From a virus (taxonomy: Duplodnaviria > Caudoviricetes): 35,354 bases of DNA. Positions 18,104-26,928 of this stretch are shown here, piece by piece (position 1 is the stretch's first letter; each line of letters begins with the position of its first letter). Where the stretch lies: positions 1 through 35,354 of the IMG/VR virus record IMGVR_UViG_3300011335_000393; one strand, written 5' to 3'. The notes under the pieces were generated by a model, which worked only from the letters and a program-made list of their open reading frames with translations, was not told the origin of the DNA and did not search any database. Position numbers and translations under genes: made by a program.

Positions 18104-18316
18104 TAGTATCACGGCCTCACCTAAGTCTTCTGGCGCATGGCCTGCCCGCAGCATGGCAAGCACTTTTTCCAATGCCTCCGCCGCGGCTGCCGCGTGGTCT
18201 GTCATTTCTTTATCCTTTTTATGCGGAGGGTATCCACCGGGATAGCAAATCATGCAATACCCGTTATGCCCTGTAAGGTCATTCCACTCACCATGCTCGC
18301 AAGATAGCAGTTTCAT
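18074..18316 (-). CDS. Hypothetical protein (alternative internal start at 18205)
   Basis: ATGA-coupled to the upstream gene; internal AAGGA..ATG gives a 43-aa form. Confidence 0.6.
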   Translation of the reverse strand: MKLLSCEHGEWNDLTGHNGYCMICYPGGYPPHKKDKEMTDHAAAAAEALEKVLAMLRAGHAPEDLGEAVILLGRLMARRT

Positions 18317-18504
18317 TTCTTCAGACCTTTCATAATCTGGACGCGCTCCCGCGCCGTCCGCATCGCAGAATAACGCTGATGCAACCGCCGGGCGATGGCA
18401 GGGCGCTTGTGCGTCTGTAACTCAGCGTCCAGCGCCTGCTTCAGTTCGTCTTCCGTAAGGTCGGACAGCACGGCAATCATCGACCGCCAGTTTAGTTTAC
18501 TCAT
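18313..18504 (-). CDS. Hypothetical protein
   Basis: 63 aa, GAGGA RBS, overlaps the helicase stop. Confidence 0.8.
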   Translation of the reverse strand: MSKLNWRSMIAVLSDLTEDELKQALDAELQTHKRPAIARRLHQRYSAMRTARERVQIMKGLKK

Positions 18505-19810
18505 TTTTTAATTCCTCTAATGCTATGTCGGACACCGCACGCTTGTCGTGCAGCGCCGCCCATATGCGTTCGTCAATACTCTTTTCGGTTAGCATCACAT
18601 AGACCCAGACATCTTTTGTCTGCCCGCTGCGGTGCAGGCGCCCGACAGTCTGCTCGTACAATTCCAGCGACCACGGCAACGACAGAAAGACCATGTGGCA
18701 TCCGCCATGCTGTAGGTTCAGGCCATGGCCTGCCGACTTAGGGTGGGCCAATAGCAACTCGACCTGACCCGCGTTCCAGTGTTCGATTATGTTGGGGTCA
18801 TCCATCGTCTTGGCGTGCGGGAAGCGGCGCTTCAGTTCTGCCAACTCTTCCTGATAGGTGTAGGCAACGATGGTGTTCGCCCGCTGGTTCTCCGCCAGCA
18901 ACTCTTCTAGCCTGTCAAACTTGTGGCTGCTGAACCATATCGAACCGGGGCCAGCGTCGCGGTTGTAGACAAATCCCGACGCCATCTGTTGCAACTTGGT
19001 CGTTACCGCGGCTGCGTTCAACGCTACCACTTGCTCTGCGCCGAAGCGCACGACATAGTCCCGCTTCATTCTTTCGTATGGCGCGCGGTCATCCAGCGGA
19101 ACCCGCACCTCTGTGACATGGCACGGCGGCAGCTTGTCCTTGTACTCGCCCGGCTCAAGCACGAACGTCGCAGGGCGGATGCGAGCCATGACCTGTTCAA
19201 GCGCGCCGGCTGCTGGAACCCATTGGCCAAAGTCGCGGTTGGTGCAGATGAAATACTGTTGCAGGAACGCACCCTTGGCACGGCCCAACAACTCTTGGTT
19301 GATTATCTTGCATTGACCGAAGACATCCTCAAGCCCGTTCGACGTAAATGATCCTGTCAGTCCCCACCTTATCCTCATCGTAGACATAATTTTCTCCATC
19401 GCCTTATAGCGTTTGCCCGACGGGTTCTTCAGCCGCGTCAGTTCGTCAAACACCACCCCATCAAAACTTGATAAATCTTTTAGTTTGTCCAAATTGTCGT
19501 AGTTGATGACCACCACGCTGGCGTTGCTTGCGATTGCTGCTGCGCGCTGCGCTGGCGGCCCGACAGCAAGCGCGGGGACAATGCTAGACCACTTGGGTGC
19601 TTCCACCGGCCAGACATCTGTACAGACACGCTTGGGCGCTACCACCAGCCAGCGTTTGACATGGCCATCGCGCAGCATCTCATCCATCGCTGCCAATGTG
19701 ATCGCGGTCTTGCCAGCGCCAACAGGCGCAAGGATCATGGCGCGGTCACGTTCGTACAAGAACGTCGCCGCTTGTTGCTGGTATGGCCTTAGCTGAAGCG
19801 TTTGAGCCAT
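18497..19810 (-). CDS. SNF2-like SF2 helicase
   Basis: LRPYQ, APVGAGKT, VVFDELT, LTGS, SAGHGLNLQ and QTVGRLHRSGQ; likely start ATG 19810. Confidence 0.92.
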   Translation of the reverse strand: MAQTLQLRPYQQQAATFLYERDRAMILAPVGAGKTAITLAAMDEMLRDGHVKRWLVVAPKRVCTDVWPVEAPKWSSIVPALAVGPPAQRAAAIASNASVVVINYDNLDKLKDLSSFDGVVFDELTRLKNPSGKRYKAMEKIMSTMRIRWGLTGSFTSNGLEDVFGQCKIINQELLGRAKGAFLQQYFICTNRDFGQWVPAAGALEQVMARIRPATFVLEPGEYKDKLPPCHVTEVRVPLDDRAPYERMKRDYVVRFGAEQVVALNAAAVTTKLQQMASGFVYNRDAGPGSIWFSSHKFDRLEELLAENQRANTIVAYTYQEELAELKRRFPHAKTMDDPNIIEHWNAGQVELLLAHPKSAGHGLNLQHGGCHMVFLSLPWSLELYEQTVGRLHRSGQTKDVWVYVMLTEKSIDERIWAALHDKRAVSDIALEELKNE

Positions 19811-20064
19811 GCATCTATGTCCTCTATCGACCACAAGCACGCGTAATGCTGCTTGGTGTGTGCCATCTCGTCTGAAAATATACGCTGCAATGCAGACAGC
19901 CGTCCGTTAGGCTGCTTGATCTCTACAAACCAAGCCTCACCGTTGGGCATACAAGCTATGCGGTCGGCAACGCCTATCTGCGTAACGCTGCGGAACTTAT
20001 AGGCAAAACCGCCCAATGCCCGCACACGTTTGCAAAAGTACCGCTCTATTTCTTTCTCAGTCAT
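19789..20064 (-). CDS. VRR-NUC domain nuclease (resolvase-like)
   Basis: MTEKEIE, GVADRI and FVEIK..GRLSALQ PD-(D/E)XK pattern. Confidence 0.9.
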   Translation of the reverse strand: MTEKEIERYFCKRVRALGGFAYKFRSVTQIGVADRIACMPNGEAWFVEIKQPNGRLSALQRIFSDEMAHTKQHYACLWSIEDIDAWLKRFS

Positions 20065-20073
20065 GCAAGAAGG

Positions 20074-20553
20074 CTACCTTATATTCCGTTTTGCTGCTGC
20101 GTCCTCATACGCGGCGGCGGCGGTTTCAATGTCATCGAACAAGCCTAAATAGACAACGTCGCCGCCTCTACATATGACTGCTTGGTAGCGGATCGTTCCA
20201 TCTTTTCGTTTTAAAACAGTAACACCTTTACGGCCAGAAGCCCCGCGACCTTTCGGGTCTAACGTCCTATTCAAATTATTTTGCGAAGATGAAACATCTC
20301 TTAAATTGCAAATGCGGTTATCGTCGCGCTCACGGTTTATGTGGTCTATAATTTCGCTGGGCCATTCGCCGTAAATGTACAGCCACGCTAAACGATGCGC
20401 GAAATACACGCGCCCCTTTATTTTTATTACGATATATCCTTTAGGGTCAGCGCGGCCTGACGGTCTAACCGGGTAGCGACCTACACGGTAAAAAAGACCT
20501 GTCGCCGCGTCATAAACAAATGTTTGGCGTAGTGTGATTGCATCTATCGTCAT
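20074..20553 (-). CDS. HNH homing endonuclease with AP2 domain
   Basis: AHRLAWLYIYGEWP, IDHINRERDDNRICNLR, SGRKGV and YLGLFD.IETAAAAY. Confidence 0.92.
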   Translation of the reverse strand: MTIDAITLRQTFVYDAATGLFYRVGRYPVRPSGRADPKGYIVIKIKGRVYFAHRLAWLYIYGEWPSEIIDHINRERDDNRICNLRDVSSSQNNLNRTLDPKGRGASGRKGVTVLKRKDGTIRYQAVICRGGDVVYLGLFDDIETAAAAYEDAAAKRNIR

Positions 20554-20560
20554 AGCCAGA

Positions 20561-20620
20561 ATCTTTGCATAAAATTTTATTGCTGTCTAGCCTTGTGCAA
20601 CAAAAAATAATGTGTATGGT
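20561..20620. promoter_or_regulatory. Divergent promoter region with two AT-rich operator-like sites
   Basis: Leftward TAGACA-N17-AAAGAT; rightward CTTGTG-N17-TATGGT; palindrome ATAAAATTTTAT at 20569-20580. Confidence 0.5.
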
Positions 20621-20650
20621 GGCCACTCAAACAGTAAAGTGAGGTACAGT

Positions 20651-21772
20651 ATGCAACATAGTAAGATAGTCGGCGGTTCGACCGCCAAGCGCGTCATAGC
20701 CTGCCCCGGCAGCGTGGCGCTTGTGGACACAGTTCCACCAAAGCCCAGCAGCAGCTACGCCGACGAAGGCACGCTCCTGCATGACACTATAGCTTCTATA
20801 TTAGAACGTGACGTTGATCCGTACAGCATGGTCGGCACAACATACGCTGATAGCGTACTGACCGAAGCGTTGGTGGATGACAAGCTGGTTCCCGCGCTGC
20901 GTGCGCTGGACGAGATAGACCCAAAGGGGGAGATGACTTATGCTGTTGAGAGCCGGGTTGGTTTTGGTGATTTTCTACCTGACGTTTTTGGTTCTACCGA
21001 TCTTCTTGGTCGCATTGGTGATAGAGCGGTCGTTCTGGATTGGAAGTTTGGCGATGGCGTGGCTGTTGAAGCCACCGAAAACGCCCAATTACTCTTCTAC
21101 GCTGCGGCGGCTAGGCGCACGCCGGATACGACATGGGCTTTTGAAGGAGCCAAAGAAGTAGAACTGATCATTGTACAACCCCCGTTTGTAAAGCGGTGGG
21201 TGACAACGCTAGACCGCGTGGACGCGTTTGAGAAAGAACTTGCCGCTGCCGTCAAGATTGCTGCGCGGCCAGACGCGCCGTTGGCATCAGGCGACCATTG
21301 CAAGTGGTGCGCGGCCAAGCCTGTTTGCCCTATCATGACAGGCGCTGTAGACCGCGCACTGAAAGTCCAGATGGAAGCACTGCCTGTCGATCAGATAGCG
21401 CACTATTTGGAGCAGGCGCCCATGATTGAGGCGTTCATTAAGGATTTGCAGCAGTTGGCGCATGGGCTTTTGGAAGCGGGACAGAAAGTCCCCGGCTGGA
21501 AGCTGGTCAACAAACGTGCAACAAGGCAGTGGACAAATGAGGATAAGGCTGTAGCCTTCATGTCTGCTGCCGGCGTAGAGGCATGGGCTGATCCCAAGCC
21601 GCTGTCGCCTGCACAAGCGGAAAAGGCTTTGAAGAAAGCCAAGATAGAATTGCCAGCGGACTTAATCGTCGCTGTCTCAAGTGGTTCAACCCTTGCGCCG
21701 GAAAATGATTCCCGGCCAGCGGTTTTACAAATCGGACAGATGCTTACCAAAGCTATGTCCAAAATCCAGTAA
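20651..21772 (+). CDS. PD-(D/E)XK (Cas4-like, DUF2800-type) exonuclease
   Basis: HS..GGSTAKRVIACPGS, EGTLLH, FGSTD, DWKFGDG, NAQL..YA and HCKWC..KPVC; GAGGT RBS before ATG 20651. Confidence 0.88.
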   Translation: MQHSKIVGGSTAKRVIACPGSVALVDTVPPKPSSSYADEGTLLHDTIASILERDVDPYSMVGTTYADSVLTEALVDDKLVPALRALDEIDPKGEMTYAVESRVGFGDFLPDVFGSTDLLGRIGDRAVVLDWKFGDGVAVEATENAQLLFYAAAARRTPDTTWAFEGAKEVELIIVQPPFVKRWVTTLDRVDAFEKELAAAVKIAARPDAPLASGDHCKWCAAKPVCPIMTGAVDRALKVQMEALPVDQIAHYLEQAPMIEAFIKDLQQLAHGLLEAGQKVPGWKLVNKRATRQWTNEDKAVAFMSAAGVEAWADPKPLSPAQAEKALKKAKIELPADLIVAVSSGSTLAPENDSRPAVLQIGQMLTKAMSKIQ

Positions 21773-21791
21773 CGTAAAAAGGTACAATAAA

Positions 21792-22454
21792 ATGTCGAAT
21801 ATCACTACTTTTGGCGGCGCTAACTTGCCGTCCGTTCAATCACTCTCTGGCGCTTTGCGTTCCATTCAGTCTGAAGTTGCCCCCGGTGGTACAGTCATCC
21901 TGAAAATGGACAAGACAGGCCATTGGGTTTTCGGTGCAGACCAGACCGAAGTTGAGGAAGGCAGCCTTTGGGCCGCTAACCCGTTCTCGTTCGTTCATGG
22001 CTATATTGCATGGGGTAACGGCGAAGTGCTGGCTGAGAAGCTAGTACCAGTGTCAGAGCCGCTGCCAGAGTTAGACCCAGCGCCATCAGGCGCAGCCCGC
22101 GGTTGGGAAATGCAAGTTGGCATGATGCTTGTATGCACCAACGGCGAAGACAAGGATATGCAGGCACGTTTCACGGCTACATCAGTCGGCGGCAAGCGCG
22201 CAGTGCAGGCATTGGCTGTTGCCATTGCTGATCAGGTCGAGAAAGACCAGACCAAGCCTGTGCCATTGCTCGAACTGAAGACTGAGCATTACCAGCACAA
22301 GACCTATGGCCGTATCTTTACACCTATCTTTGACATCACCGATTGGGTGTCTATGGATGCAAATACGGTTGAGAAATCAGATGATGCAGAGTTGGAAGTC
22401 GCTGCTGAACCTGAAGCCGCTGAAGGTGCGCGTCGCCGGCGTCGCGTAGCCTAA
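21792..22454 (+). CDS. Putative single-stranded DNA-binding protein
   Basis: Between nuclease and polymerase; aromatic beta-strands (YQHKTYGRIFTPIF) and acidic C-terminal tail; ATG 21792. Confidence 0.7.
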   Translation: MSNITTFGGANLPSVQSLSGALRSIQSEVAPGGTVILKMDKTGHWVFGADQTEVEEGSLWAANPFSFVHGYIAWGNGEVLAEKLVPVSEPLPELDPAPSGAARGWEMQVGMMLVCTNGEDKDMQARFTATSVGGKRAVQALAVAIADQVEKDQTKPVPLLELKTEHYQHKTYGRIFTPIFDITDWVSMDANTVEKSDDAELEVAAEPEAAEGARRRRRVA

Positions 22455-22466
22455 AGGGGCGTGAAA

Positions 22467-22491
22467 GCCGGGGCGTGTTGGGCGCTCCGGC
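22467..22491 (+). promoter_or_regulatory. GC-rich hairpin in polymerase leader
   Basis: GCCGGGGCG (22467-22475) / CGCTCCGGC (22483-22491); no U tract. Confidence 0.55.
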
Positions 22492-22516
22492 GAGTAGCGG
22501 AAGAGTGAGAACTTCT

Positions 22517-24472
22517 ATGTCTAAATTATGGGTTGACTTTGAAACGCGCAGCCGGTGCGACCTTCGCAGCCGCGGCGTGTACAACTACGCGCAGGACGCC
22601 AGCACTGACGTTCTGTGTATGTCATACGCATTTGATGACGAAGACGTGCAGACGTGGCTTCCCAGTGAGCCTTTCCCGCAGGCCGTCAAAGATCATAAAG
22701 GGCTGGTGTACGCGCACAACGCAGCGTTCGAGCGCCTGATATTCTGGTATGTCCTACAGGTCGAGTTTAAGCTGGAGCAGTTTTATTGCACCGCAGCACA
22801 AGCCCGTGGCAACTGCGCGCCGGGCAGCCTTGAGGATGTGGGCCGCTTCGCTGGCGCCACCATGAAGAAAGACCACCGTGGCGGACAACTGATCCGCCTG
22901 CTATCTATCCCGCAATCAGACGGCACATTCCGCGAAGACGCCAAGCTGATGCAGGAGATGGTTGACTATTGCGAACAGGACGTGCGGGCCATGCGTGCTA
23001 TAGCGCAGGCGCAGCGTCCGCTGTCCGACGAAGAGTTGGCAGACTACCATGTCAACGAGCGCATCAACGACCGCGGCGTGTTGCTTGACAGGTCATTGGC
23101 GCAGGCGGCTGTCCGCTACGCTGAAGCTGAACTGGCTGAGATACAAGACATTGTCGCAGAGATAACAAACGGCGAGATAAAGTCCGTCCGCAGCCCCAAG
23201 ATGAAGAAGTGGGTGCTGGACAGGGTAGGGCCGCAGGCGCTTGAACTGGCGACCATTTACAAGGACGGCGAACCTAAGCGAGCCATTGACAAGAACGTGC
23301 GGGCTAACTGGCTCACAATGGCAGGGGAAAATTCAGATGAAGTACCATCGGAAGTTGCGGAAGTCATCCAGTGCGCGGACGATCTGTGGGCATCGTCCGT
23401 TGCTAAATTCCAACGTGCGGCGGCGCTTGCTGACGAGGAGGATCATAAGGTTAGAGGAGCGTTCGTATTTTCAGGAGGAAGTGCTACTGGCCGTGCTTCA
23501 TCATTTGGGCTTCAAGTCCATAACTTCCCAAGAAAGTGTGCAGCCGACCCGGCATTAGTACGGCAGGCTATGGTGCGCGGCCACAGAATCGTTCCCGATC
23601 ATGGCCGCCGCGTAACTGACGTTCTAAAAGGTATGCTGCGCCCATCGCTGATGGCTGGCAAAGGCAAGCGGCTTGTGGTTGCCGATTGGGCAGCCATTGA
23701 AGCGCGGGTGACGCCGTGGGCGTCCAACAGTAGCTTTGGCGCAAACAAGCTGGACATCTTTGCCAAGGGCGAAGACGTGTACAAGCACAACGCTATGGCG
23801 ACATTCCATGTCGGTTACGGCGATGTCAACACAGACCAGCGCCAGATCGGCAAGGTTCAAGAGTTGGCGTGCGGCTTTGCCGGCGGCGTTGGTGCGTTCG
23901 CCAGCATGGGCCGCATCTACGGATTGCTGATGTCAGAGAGCGATGCAAAGCGCATGGTTGACGCATGGCGCAGGGCTAACAAGTGGGCTGTGCCTTACTG
24001 GTCTGGCCTTGAAGACACCTATATGCGTGCCATGCGAAATAAGAACCGTGAGTTTACAACGGGGCGCGTTACATATTTATTTGATGGATTGCATCTTTGG
24101 TATGCCCTTCCGTCTGGCCGTGTGTTATGTTATCCTTTCGCCCGTTTCGATGAGAAAGGTGACCTGACCTACGCGAAGGCTTCTTGGAAGCCAGCCGCTG
24201 ATGCTAAGGAGTGGCCAAGGGCGAGGCTATGGCGCGGTCTAGCGTGTGAAAACATCACACAGGCTATCGCCAACGACTTGCTGCGCTACGCCTTGCGGCA
24301 GTTGGACGATGTAGTTTTGCACATCCACGATGAAATCGTTTTGGAAGTGCCAGAAGAAGATGCAGAGGCTGCCGCAGCGCGGCTGGTGCAGATAATGTGT
24401 GAGCCGCCACCTTGGGCAGCAGGGCTTCCCCTGAACGCAGAGGTATCTATTATGGATCGTTATGGAAAATAA
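22517..24472 (+). CDS. DNA polymerase family A with 3'-5' exonuclease
   Basis: Exo DFET, HNAAFE, YCEQD; motif A DWAAIEAR, motif B RQIGKVQELACGF, motif C HIHDEI; ATG 22517. Confidence 0.95.
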   Translation: MSKLWVDFETRSRCDLRSRGVYNYAQDASTDVLCMSYAFDDEDVQTWLPSEPFPQAVKDHKGLVYAHNAAFERLIFWYVLQVEFKLEQFYCTAAQARGNCAPGSLEDVGRFAGATMKKDHRGGQLIRLLSIPQSDGTFREDAKLMQEMVDYCEQDVRAMRAIAQAQRPLSDEELADYHVNERINDRGVLLDRSLAQAAVRYAEAELAEIQDIVAEITNGEIKSVRSPKMKKWVLDRVGPQALELATIYKDGEPKRAIDKNVRANWLTMAGENSDEVPSEVAEVIQCADDLWASSVAKFQRAAALADEEDHKVRGAFVFSGGSATGRASSFGLQVHNFPRKCAADPALVRQAMVRGHRIVPDHGRRVTDVLKGMLRPSLMAGKGKRLVVADWAAIEARVTPWASNSSFGANKLDIFAKGEDVYKHNAMATFHVGYGDVNTDQRQIGKVQELACGFAGGVGAFASMGRIYGLLMSESDAKRMVDAWRRANKWAVPYWSGLEDTYMRAMRNKNREFTTGRVTYLFDGLHLWYALPSGRVLCYPFARFDEKGDLTYAKASWKPAADAKEWPRARLWRGLACENITQAIANDLLRYALRQLDDVVLHIHDEIVLEVPEEDAEAAAARLVQIMCEPPPWAAGLPLNAEVSIMDRYGK

Positions 24473-24482
24473 GGAGCAAGCG

Positions 24483-26831
24483 ATGAGTGAGGATCGCAAC
24501 AAGTTCATAGACTATATAGTTGGATTGGCCGCTGGTACAGTGGGCGAGACAGCTTTAGTCGTTCGTCAGAAGCCCACGCATGACAGCGATGGCAACCTGA
24601 TATACCACGCAGATGGTGCGCCAAAGGCAACCTTCCCTGCGTTCCTGCCCGAAAAGGCGCGCATGAAAGAAGGCGAGGCTTGGTATGTCAACACAGGCTC
24701 GTTCGTCGTTGACCGCTTTGTAGACGGCAAGCCCGCTGCTAAGTCGAGCAACGTCGAGTTTGTCCTGTTCATGATGCTGGATGACATCGGCACTAAGTCA
24801 AAGACGCCGCCGCTTGACCCGACATGGATACTGGAAACCAGCGAAGGTTCGTTCCAGTGGGGCTATGCGTTCAACGAACAGCCAAACAAGGGCGACTTCT
24901 GCGCTGCTATCAAAGCTATTGCAGATGCTGGCTACACTGATCCGGGCGCGACTAACGCTGTCCGCAACTGTCGTATTCCCGGCAGCGTCAACATGAAGCG
25001 CGGGCGCGGTGGCTTTCCTGCGCGGCTGGTCGAGTTTCACCCAGAGCTTGAATACACTTTAGAGCAGATTTGTAGTGCGCTGGGCGTCACACCAAAGGAA
25101 GGCGACACCGCAGAGTTTAAGGCTGTGCAGTTGCGCGACAGTGGGCTGGACAACGTCCTGACATGGTTGAGCGAAAAGAGCCTAGTCCTTAGCGCGCCCA
25201 ACACAGACGGCTGGTGCGCCATCGTCTGTCCTAACCATGAACATCACAGCGATGGCATGATCGAGGCGCGCTACAAGCCGCTGGATCGTTCGTTCTGTTG
25301 CTATCATGGGCACTGCCAAGACTTAGACAGCCGCACCTTCCTTGACTGGGTAGCGACTAACGGCGGCCCAAAGGTAACGCCGGGCTTGCGTGATGAGTTA
25401 ATCGCAGAGCGCATGGCATCCATGTATGACAAGATAGCGCCAACGGAAGCCTTCCCTGACGAAGCCGCAGCGCGCGTGCGTGAGGTCGAAAAGAAAGAAG
25501 CAGGACGGCTGGAACAAAGCGAGTGGTTTGATCGTTTCGCTTACATACAGTCTGATGACTGCTACTTTGACATGGTTACACGTCAAGAGATAGCCCGCAA
25601 CGTCTTCAACGCCCTGTTCCGTCACATTGACTGTCGTTCCATACACAACAAAAAACAGGCTGTGCGTGCGTCCGTCTATTACGATGAGCGCCGCCAAGAT
25701 CGCGGTGCGCCTGCACTGGCAGCGGTGACGTTTGCCGCCGGCGATGACGTTCTAGTAACGCGCGACGGATTGGTTTACGGCAACAGGTGGACAAATGCCC
25801 GTCCTGATGTAGCGGCCAGTGATGAGATTGCAGACCATGACGTTGAGACTTGGCTGGAGCATTGCCGCAATCTGGTCGTGGATGATGTCGAACTGGATCA
25901 CATCCTTGACGCTATGGCGTTCAAGATACAGCACCCTAACGTCAAGATTAACCATGCAATCCTAATTGGCGGCGACGAAGGCGTCGGCAAGGACAGTATG
26001 TTTCAGCCGTTCTTGTGGGCGCTTGGTGGTAAGCATTGGCGCAACAGATCAGTCATTGAGGCTGGCGGCTTGGACAGTCAATGGGGTTATTCGCTTGAGG
26101 CTGAAGTGGTCATCCTAAACGAACTAAAGGAACCAGAGGCGCGAGAGCGCCGCGCTATGGCTAACAAGCTAAAGCCACTCATCGCTGCGCCGCCTGAGAC
26201 GCTGTCCGTCAACCGTAAGGGGATGCACCCCTATGAGTTGGTCAATCGCCTAATGGTGGTTGCCTACACGAATGACCCGCTGCCGATCACATTGCCAACA
26301 CAAGATCGTCGATGGTTCTGCGTCTGGACACGCGCGCCGCGCATGACAACAGCAGCAGCTAATGCACTGTGGGCATGGTATGAGGCCGGCGGCTATGAGA
26401 AGTGCGCCGCTTGGCTGCACCAGCGCGACGTGTCGGCGTTCAACCCAGCGGCTGCGCCGCCAGTGACCGAATGGAAGCTGAACATGGTTGAGCATGGCAT
26501 GAGCGTAGCCGAAAGCTACCTTGTGGACATGATGCGGCTGCGGTCGGGCGTCTTTGCCTCTGGTGTCATTGGCGGGCCGTTCCATCGTATCTGTGACGCG
26601 CTGGCGATTAACGTGCCAGCCGGTGTTAAAGTCCCGCAAGCTGCGCTGCTTCATGCGTTGAAGGAAGCGGGCTGGGTTGACATGGGCCGCATTAACTCAA
26701 AAGATCACCCAAATAAGAAGCATATATTTGTCGCGCCTGATCTTGTTAAGAAACACGGCAAGTCAGACTTGCGCCGCATGGCGGAAGAATTGCCTAAGTC
26801 GAGCATTATGCCAAATTTAGGCAAGAATTGA
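24483..26831 (+). CDS. Primase-helicase (RepB-like primase, Zn finger, DUF5906-like P-loop NTPase)
   Basis: MMLDDIG, LETSEGSFQWGY, R.PGS; CPNHEHH..CYHGHC; GGDEGVGKD, ILNE, DRRW; AAGGAG RBS before ATG 24483. Confidence 0.88.
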   Translation: MSEDRNKFIDYIVGLAAGTVGETALVVRQKPTHDSDGNLIYHADGAPKATFPAFLPEKARMKEGEAWYVNTGSFVVDRFVDGKPAAKSSNVEFVLFMMLDDIGTKSKTPPLDPTWILETSEGSFQWGYAFNEQPNKGDFCAAIKAIADAGYTDPGATNAVRNCRIPGSVNMKRGRGGFPARLVEFHPELEYTLEQICSALGVTPKEGDTAEFKAVQLRDSGLDNVLTWLSEKSLVLSAPNTDGWCAIVCPNHEHHSDGMIEARYKPLDRSFCCYHGHCQDLDSRTFLDWVATNGGPKVTPGLRDELIAERMASMYDKIAPTEAFPDEAAARVREVEKKEAGRLEQSEWFDRFAYIQSDDCYFDMVTRQEIARNVFNALFRHIDCRSIHNKKQAVRASVYYDERRQDRGAPALAAVTFAAGDDVLVTRDGLVYGNRWTNARPDVAASDEIADHDVETWLEHCRNLVVDDVELDHILDAMAFKIQHPNVKINHAILIGGDEGVGKDSMFQPFLWALGGKHWRNRSVIEAGGLDSQWGYSLEAEVVILNELKEPEARERRAMANKLKPLIAAPPETLSVNRKGMHPYELVNRLMVVAYTNDPLPITLPTQDRRWFCVWTRAPRMTTAAANALWAWYEAGGYEKCAAWLHQRDVSAFNPAAAPPVTEWKLNMVEHGMSVAESYLVDMMRLRSGVFASGVIGGPFHRICDALAINVPAGVKVPQAALLHALKEAGWVDMGRINSKDHPNKKHIFVAPDLVKKHGKSDLRRMAEELPKSSIMPNLGKN

Positions 26832-26857
26832 CAACTGATATTGTGCGATGATATACT
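26828..26857 (+). promoter_or_regulatory. Near-consensus sigma70 promoter with extended -10 (drives candidate sRNA)
   Basis: TTGACA (26828-26833)-N18-TATACT (26852-26857), with TG at 26849-26850. Confidence 0.75.
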
Positions 26858-26863
26858 GATAAA

Positions 26864-26928
26864 GTCGGTGATGCTCCGCTGACCTTTTTAAGCCGCCGGT
26901 GTCTCACTCCACCGGCGGCTTTTATTTT
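26864..26928 (+). ncRNA. Candidate two-hairpin anti-Shine-Dalgarno small RNA
   Basis: Predicted start coincides with hairpin 1 GTCGGTG-ATGCTC-CGCTGAC. Hairpin 2 is AAGCCGCCGGTG-TCTCACTC-CACCGGCGGCTT plus U tail. Loops are complementary to phage RBSs. Confidence 0.65.

Noticed and set aside
20074-20553. HNH gene as part of a group I intron or intein
   Set aside because: It is free-standing with only 9 nt to the next gene; neighbouring genes are uninterrupted and there is no room for an intron core.
20651-21772. Cas4-like protein as evidence of CRISPR-Cas
   Set aside because: No repeat-spacer array or other cas genes; context is the usual phage nuclease-SSB-polymerase module.
14111-24482. Longest-ORF starts at 14111, 15922, 16280, 16598, 19840, 20612, 21681, 22475 and 24462
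   Set aside because: Downstream starts have better RBS or stop/start coupling and avoid long overlaps.
26890-26921. Hairpin as a bidirectional intrinsic terminator
   Set aside because: On the minus strand the stem is followed by A residues rather than a U tract, so only plus-strand termination is supported.
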